Shown here: positions 8,565 to 13,205 of the stretch, in pieces
How positions within the stretch are numbered: position 1 is the stretch's first letter
How the letters are laid out: each line of letters starts with the position of its first letter
NCBI GenBank assembly: GCA_031960885.1
Contig: JAVRLY010000029.1
Coordinates: 1 to 13,205 of the forward strand
Length of the DNA: 13,205 nt
Direction of reading: 5' to 3'
DNA from: Desulfurella sp.
GTDB lineage: Bacteria > Campylobacterota_A > Desulfurellia > Desulfurellales > Desulfurellaceae
Notes under the pieces: generated by a model
What the model was told of the DNA's origin: nothing
Database searches by the model: none
The model's input: only the letters and a program-made list of their open reading frames with translations
Position numbers and translations under genes: made by a program

Positions 8565-8663
8565 GACAATGTAGATTTTAAATGCGATTGAAAAAGCTCA
8601 TTGTTAAAAAAATATGGTGCTGTTTGAGAATTTATGTTCATTTTTAGTAAACAACATTTGTGC

Positions 8664-8684
8664 TTTTTAACGCGAAGTTAAAAA
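8664..8684 (+). other. Hairpin in the predicted helicase leader
   Basis: Perfect 8-bp stem TTTTTAAC / GTTAAAAA with loop GCGAA, followed by CAAGCTTTTT. Confidence 0.5.
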
Positions 8685-8740
8685 CAAGCTTTTTAGCTAA
8701 ATAAAGGTTTTTAATCTGTTTAAAATTACAAGGATGCGAT

Positions 8741-10324
8741 ATGCAAAGTTTAGAAAAATTTAAAAGTTTGGGAATTTCAGAAAATGTTTTGAAGTCTCTC
8801 TCAAAAAAAGGCTATGAAGAGCCAACTGCTATACAAGAGCAAGTGATACCATTAATGTTAAAAACAAACATTGATTTAATTGCTCAGGCTCAAACAGGTA
8901 CTGGCAAAACTGCAAGTTTTGGCATACCAATCATAGAAAAAATTCAAGAAAAATCAGAACACGTTAAATGCTTGATCCTTACACCTACAAGAGAGCTTGC
9001 TCTTCAAATTTCACAAGAACTTAATTCATTAAAAGGCGCAAAAAAATTAAAGATTTTTCCTATTTATGGTGGCCAATTTATAGATTTACAGATATCCAAA
9101 CTGAAAGATGGTGCTGATATAGTTGTAGGAACGCCTGGCAGGATCTTAGACCATATTCAAAGAAAAACAATTGATTTATCTTTTGTTAGCGATATTGTTT
9201 TAGATGAAGCAGATGAAATGTTAAATATGGGATTTATTGACGATGTAGAAGAAATTTTAAAACACACAAATGATAGCAAAAGACTTTTAATGTTTTCTGC
9301 TACAATACCCTCACAAATTATATCTATTGCCAAAAAACACATGAAAAACTATGAAATCATAAAAACAAAAAAAGATGATACAATATCTGAGCTCACACAG
9401 CAAATTTACTTTGAAGTAAACTATGAAGATAAGTTTGAAGCTCTATGCCGCATTATCGATATGCAAAACGATTTCTACGCGCTAATTTTTTGCAAAACCA
9501 AAGTTGAGACAGACGAGCTTGCAAATAGATTGCAAGAAGCCGGATATAATGCACTTGCTCTGCACGGCGACATGACGCAAAAACACAGAGAAATTGTCTT
9601 AAATAAATTTAAAAAAAGAAATATCCAAATACTTATAGCTACAGATGTAGCTGCAAGAGGCATAGATATTGAAAACCTCACACATGTCATAAATTACTCA
9701 ATACCAGAAAATGTAGAATCATACATACACAGAATAGGACGCACAGGTAGGGCTGGAAAAAGCGGAATTGCCATAACGTTTGTTACGCCAAATGAGTATA
9801 GTAGACTTATTTATATGTTGAAAACTGCTAGACTCAACATAAAAAAACAAGGTTTGCCTACAATTGATGAAGTTGTAAACTTCAAAATTACAAGGGTTCA
9901 AAATGAACTTGAAACTATTATCCAAGACACGATAGAAGAAAAATACATAAATCTAGCTCACAAACTTTTAGAAAATCATCCTTCTATAGATATAGTTGCT
10001 GCATTATTAAAATATAGCTTGCACGATGATTTAGATGAAAAAAATTATTCATATATTAAAGAGGTAAAACCTCTTGATGAATATTCAAAAACGCGACTTT
10101 TTGTTGCGCTGGGCAGACAAGATTCTATGACGCCAAAAAAATTGATTGATTTTATAAAACAGCAAATTGAAATTGACGAGAAAGATATTAGAGACATTAA
10201 AATATTTGACAAATTTTCATTTTTAACTGTTCCATTTGAAGAAGCGCAAGTGCTACTTCAAATATTCAAAAAGAAATCAAAAACAAAAAGTTTAATAACG
10301 AGAGCAAGGGAAAAAAATGACTAA
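8741..10324 (+). CDS. deaD: DEAD-box RNA helicase, DeaD/CsdA-like, with C-terminal DbpA-type RNA-binding domain
   Basis: 527 aa; Q motif PTAIQ, AQTGTGKT, PTRELA, GG, TPGR, DEAD, SAT, ATDVAARGID, HRIGRTGRAG; C-terminal RLFVALGRQD...IFDKFSFLTVP. The symbol is a family-level assignment. Confidence 0.93.
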   Translation: MQSLEKFKSLGISENVLKSLSKKGYEEPTAIQEQVIPLMLKTNIDLIAQAQTGTGKTASFGIPIIEKIQEKSEHVKCLILTPTRELALQISQELNSLKGAKKLKIFPIYGGQFIDLQISKLKDGADIVVGTPGRILDHIQRKTIDLSFVSDIVLDEADEMLNMGFIDDVEEILKHTNDSKRLLMFSATIPSQIISIAKKHMKNYEIIKTKKDDTISELTQQIYFEVNYEDKFEALCRIIDMQNDFYALIFCKTKVETDELANRLQEAGYNALALHGDMTQKHREIVLNKFKKRNIQILIATDVAARGIDIENLTHVINYSIPENVESYIHRIGRTGRAGKSGIAITFVTPNEYSRLIYMLKTARLNIKKQGLPTIDEVVNFKITRVQNELETIIQDTIEEKYINLAHKLLENHPSIDIVAALLKYSLHDDLDEKNYSYIKEVKPLDEYSKTRLFVALGRQDSMTPKKLIDFIKQQIEIDEKDIRDIKIFDKFSFLTVPFEEAQVLLQIFKKKSKTKSLITRAREKND

Positions 10325-12146
10325 AAATTTTAATAACAAAATCAGAAATATCGCAATTATAGCTCATGTTGACCACGGTAAAACTACACTTGTTGATGCT
10401 ATGTTTAAACAATGCGGAACATTTAGACAAAATCAAAACATGCAAGAACGCATCTTAGATAGCATGGAATTAGAAAAAGAAAGAGGTATTACAATTGCCG
10501 CTAAAAATTCATGCGTTTTTTTTAATAACATTAAAATAAATATTTTAGATACGCCAGGACATGCTGATTTTGGCGGAGAAGTAGAAAGAGCGCTATCAAT
10601 GGTAGATGGCGCAATTTTGCTTGTTGATGCTGCAGAAGGCCCTCTGCCTCAGACACGCTTTGTATTAAAAAAAGCATTGGAATCAAAGTTAAAAATAATT
10701 GTGGTAATAAATAAAATTGATAGGCCTGATGCAAGGATAGATAAAGTTTTAGATGAGATATACGACTTATTTATTGATTTGGATGCAAGTGATGAACAAT
10801 TAGACTTTAGTGTGCTTTACGCAATTGGCAAACAAGGCATAGCAAAAAAGACTGTAGATGGCTCAGAAAATGATCTCACAGTGTTGTTTGAAGAAATAGT
10901 AAGCCAAATACCACCGCCAAGCTATACAGACAAAGATAGTTTTTCAATGCTTGTAAGTGATCTTGGATATTCTGATTATTTAGGAAGGCTAGCCATTGGA
11001 AAGGTATTTAGCGGCAATCTAGACAATGTAAAAAGTATGTCTTTTTTTTATTTTAATTCTATTGGCGATAAAAAAAATGCTTTTTTAAGCACAATACAAA
11101 CTTACGATGGAATAGTACTAAAGCCTATAAAAAATATAGAAGCTGGCGATATTATTGTAGTATCTGGCATAGAAGATATATCAATTGGCGATACAATTTG
11201 CTCAAGCGATGTAGAAAAACCATTAAAGCGTATAGTAATTGATGAACCTACCGTCTCAATGGTCTTTAGCGTAAATAACTCACCTTTTGCCGGCAAGGAA
11301 GGTAAAATAGTCCAGTCGCGCAATATCAAAGAACGATTGGTAAAAGAAACGCTTAAAAATGTATCAATAAAGCTAGAAGAGACACAAGATCCTGATCGTT
11401 TTATAGTAAAAGGTCGCGGAGAGTTTCAAATGGTTATACTCATTGAACAAATGAGAAGAGAAGGTTTTGAATTCTGTGTGAGTAGACCAAATGTAATTTA
11501 TAAATATGAAAATGACAAAAAGTTGGAGCCTATTGAACATTTATTTGTAGATTGTAACGAAGAATTCATGGGCATTGTAACACAAAAGATTCAAACTAGA
11601 AAAGGTAAGATGATAAACCTTTCGAATAATTTTAAAGGCCGGGTAAGGATGGAGTTTCTTGTACCGTCAAGATCTCTAATAGGCTTTAGAGATGAATTTC
11701 TAACAGACACAAAAGGCACCGGTATAATAAATTCCTACTTAGAACATTACGATGTTTACGCCGGCGATATAACAACGCGCTATAGTGGATCTTTGGTAAG
11801 TGATAGAGAAGGTGTTGCTGTTGCTTACGCATTATTTAATTTACAGCCAAGAGGTCAATTATTTATAGCTTGTAATGAACCGGTTTACGAAGGCATGATA
11901 ATTGGAGAACACAATAAAGAAACAGATTTAAATGTAAATCCATGCAAAGAAAAGAAACTTTCTAATATGAGAGCTGCTGGAAAAGATGATAACATAATAC
12001 TCTCAAGTCCAAATATCATGACATTAGAAAAAGCTATAAACTTTATAAAAGACGATGAAATGGTTGAAGTCACGCCGCTCTCAATTCGGTTAAGAAAATC
12101 TGAGCTAAGCTCTCAAAAGAGAAAAACCTTAAATCACACTCATTAG
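10317..12146 (+). CDS. typA: Translational GTPase TypA/BipA
   Basis: 609 aa; RNIAIIAHVDHGKTTLVD, ERGITI, DTPGHADFGGEVER, NKID, and the TypA-specific C-terminus VYEGMIIGEH...KKLSNMRAAGKD...VEVTPLSIRLRK. Confidence 0.98.
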   Translation: MTKNFNNKIRNIAIIAHVDHGKTTLVDAMFKQCGTFRQNQNMQERILDSMELEKERGITIAAKNSCVFFNNIKINILDTPGHADFGGEVERALSMVDGAILLVDAAEGPLPQTRFVLKKALESKLKIIVVINKIDRPDARIDKVLDEIYDLFIDLDASDEQLDFSVLYAIGKQGIAKKTVDGSENDLTVLFEEIVSQIPPPSYTDKDSFSMLVSDLGYSDYLGRLAIGKVFSGNLDNVKSMSFFYFNSIGDKKNAFLSTIQTYDGIVLKPIKNIEAGDIIVVSGIEDISIGDTICSSDVEKPLKRIVIDEPTVSMVFSVNNSPFAGKEGKIVQSRNIKERLVKETLKNVSIKLEETQDPDRFIVKGRGEFQMVILIEQMRREGFEFCVSRPNVIYKYENDKKLEPIEHLFVDCNEEFMGIVTQKIQTRKGKMINLSNNFKGRVRMEFLVPSRSLIGFRDEFLTDTKGTGIINSYLEHYDVYAGDITTRYSGSLVSDREGVAVAYALFNLQPRGQLFIACNEPVYEGMIIGEHNKETDLNVNPCKEKKLSNMRAAGKDDNIILSSPNIMTLEKAINFIKDDEMVEVTPLSIRLRKSELSSQKRKTLNHTH

Positions 12147-12580
12147 TGCTCTTGCAATGAGTGTACTAAAAAATTTAAAGCGCAAAGGTATGATTGCTTT
12201 CCAAGCCCAACAATAACGCCTTGCGCTATATCACTCAAATAGCTTTTATGCCTAAATGGTTCCCTTTTAAAAACATTGGATATATGAACTTCAACAAAGG
12301 GTATATTAACACTTAAAAGCGCATCTCTAATGGCTATGCTTGTATGTGTAAGAGCACCCGCATTGATGATAATTCCATCATACTGGCCAAATGAGTGTTG
12401 AATTTTTTCAACAATAGCGCCTTCGTAATTTGATTGAAAAAACTCTACATCTACATTCAATTGAACCGCTAAATTTTTTACGCTTGTTTCTATTTCAGAA
12501 AGCGAAATAGCCCCATACACCTGCGGCTCTCTTTTGCCAAGCATATTAAGGTTTGGGCCATTTACAATTAAAAACTTCAT
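12143..12580 (-). CDS. aroQ: Type II 3-dehydroquinate dehydratase
   Basis: NGPNLNMLGKREPQVYG, FQSNYEG, INAGALTHTSIAIRDA, EVHISNVFKREPFRHKS. Start placed at the ATG at 12580 (MKFLIV); the TTG at 12592 is an alternative. Confidence 0.97.
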   Translation of the reverse strand: MKFLIVNGPNLNMLGKREPQVYGAISLSEIETSVKNLAVQLNVDVEFFQSNYEGAIVEKIQHSFGQYDGIIINAGALTHTSIAIRDALLSVNIPFVEVHISNVFKREPFRHKSYLSDIAQGVIVGLGKQSYLCALNFLVHSLQEH

Positions 12581-12584
12581 ATAT

Positions 12585-12926
12585 TTAAGCAAATAATTTT
12601 GAGCCTAAAAAATTTCCACCCAAAAGATGCATATGTATATGGTATACTTCCTGCCCTGAATCAGGCCCATTATTTATAACAATTCTATAACCAGATTTAT
12701 CAATATTTAATTTTTTTGCTAAGTTTTTTGCAATTAAAGCCATATCGGCAATCATTTTAACATTTGATTCGTCCATATCGTTTAGGTTTTCGATATGTTT
12801 TTTAGGTATAATTAATAGATGGATTGGCGCTTTTGGGTTTATATCATAAAATGCCATGTAGTTTTCATCTTCGTACTCAATTTTCGATGGCAACTCTTTA
12901 TTAACAATTTTACAAAAAATACACAT
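12585..12926 (-). CDS. hinT: HIT-family nucleotide-binding protein (HinT / purine nucleoside phosphoramidase-like)
   Basis: 113 aa from MCIFCKI; FYDINPKAPIHLLIIPKKHI, GYRIVIN, GQEVYHIHMHLLGG histidine triad; RBS AAGGAGGT at 12938-12931. Confidence 0.93.
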   Translation of the reverse strand: MCIFCKIVNKELPSKIEYEDENYMAFYDINPKAPIHLLIIPKKHIENLNDMDESNVKMIADMALIAKNLAKKLNIDKSGYRIVINNGPDSGQEVYHIHMHLLGGNFLGSKLFA

Positions 12927-12936
12927 GGCAACCTCC

Positions 12937-13205
12937 TTATCTAAAAATTGTTTCAATCCTATCTGTGCCTGTTGCAATAATTGAAATCTTAGCTTCAATA
13001 ATCTTTTCTATTTCTTCTATGTAATTTTTTGCTTCTTGTGGCAATTTGGCATAATCATTTGTGCCTTTTGTGCCATTAAAGCCTTTAAATGTCTTATAAA
13101 TAGGCTTTACCCTTTCAAAATCACTATTTAGGGCAGGTATGTAATCTATTGTTTTTCCATCCAATTCATATGCTACACAAACTTTTATCTCATCCAAACC
13201 ATCTA
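12937..13205 (-). CDS. purA: Adenylosuccinate synthetase, 3' end (truncated by the window edge)
   Basis: Frame open to the right edge: DGLDEIKVCVAYELDG...VKPIYKTFKG...LPQEAKNYIEEIE...ISIIATGTDRIETI, a typical PurA C-terminus. Confidence 0.93.
   Translation of the reverse strand, partial: DGLDEIKVCVAYELDGKTIDYIPALNSDFERVKPIYKTFKGFNGTKGTNDYAKLPQEAKNYIEEIEKIIEAKISIIATGTDRIETIFR

Noticed and set aside
9157..12073. Six short minus-strand ORFs inside the helicase and typA
   Set aside because: Antisense shadows of conserved genes.
12927..12998. 24-aa extension of the HIT protein
   Set aside because: Overlaps purA; the strong RBS points to the ATG at 12926.
12937..13197. Apparent standalone 86-aa ORF or purA pseudogene
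   Set aside because: The frame stays open to the window edge; it is simply the 3' end of purA.

Overview
AT-rich bacterial chromosomal window of mostly core genes, with no mobile element, CRISPR array or structural RNA gene visible. Gene content and composition are suggestive of a Desulfurella/Hippea-like lineage, but that is an impression only. Left to right: (1) the 5' end of a minus-strand gene running off the left edge, possibly an MBL-fold/ODP-type di-iron protein; (2) groES-groEL (minus) with a degenerate CIRCE-like operator and an intrinsic terminator; (3) a tightly packed plus-strand unit of argB, a GalT-like nucleotidylyltransferase, glgA, a soluble GAF histidine kinase and a stand-alone receiver protein; (4) a minus-strand unit of two unknown small proteins and a hotdog thioesterase; (5) a DEAD-box helicase and typA behind a leader of about 170 nt with alternative pairings; (6) the minus-strand 3' end of purA, a HIT-family gene and aroQ. 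The best leads are the glycogen synthase/GalT-like/two-component module with no DNA-binding output, the unknown three-gene operon, and the regulatory architecture of the two divergent intergenic regions. Nothing here can be called a new system from sequence alone.
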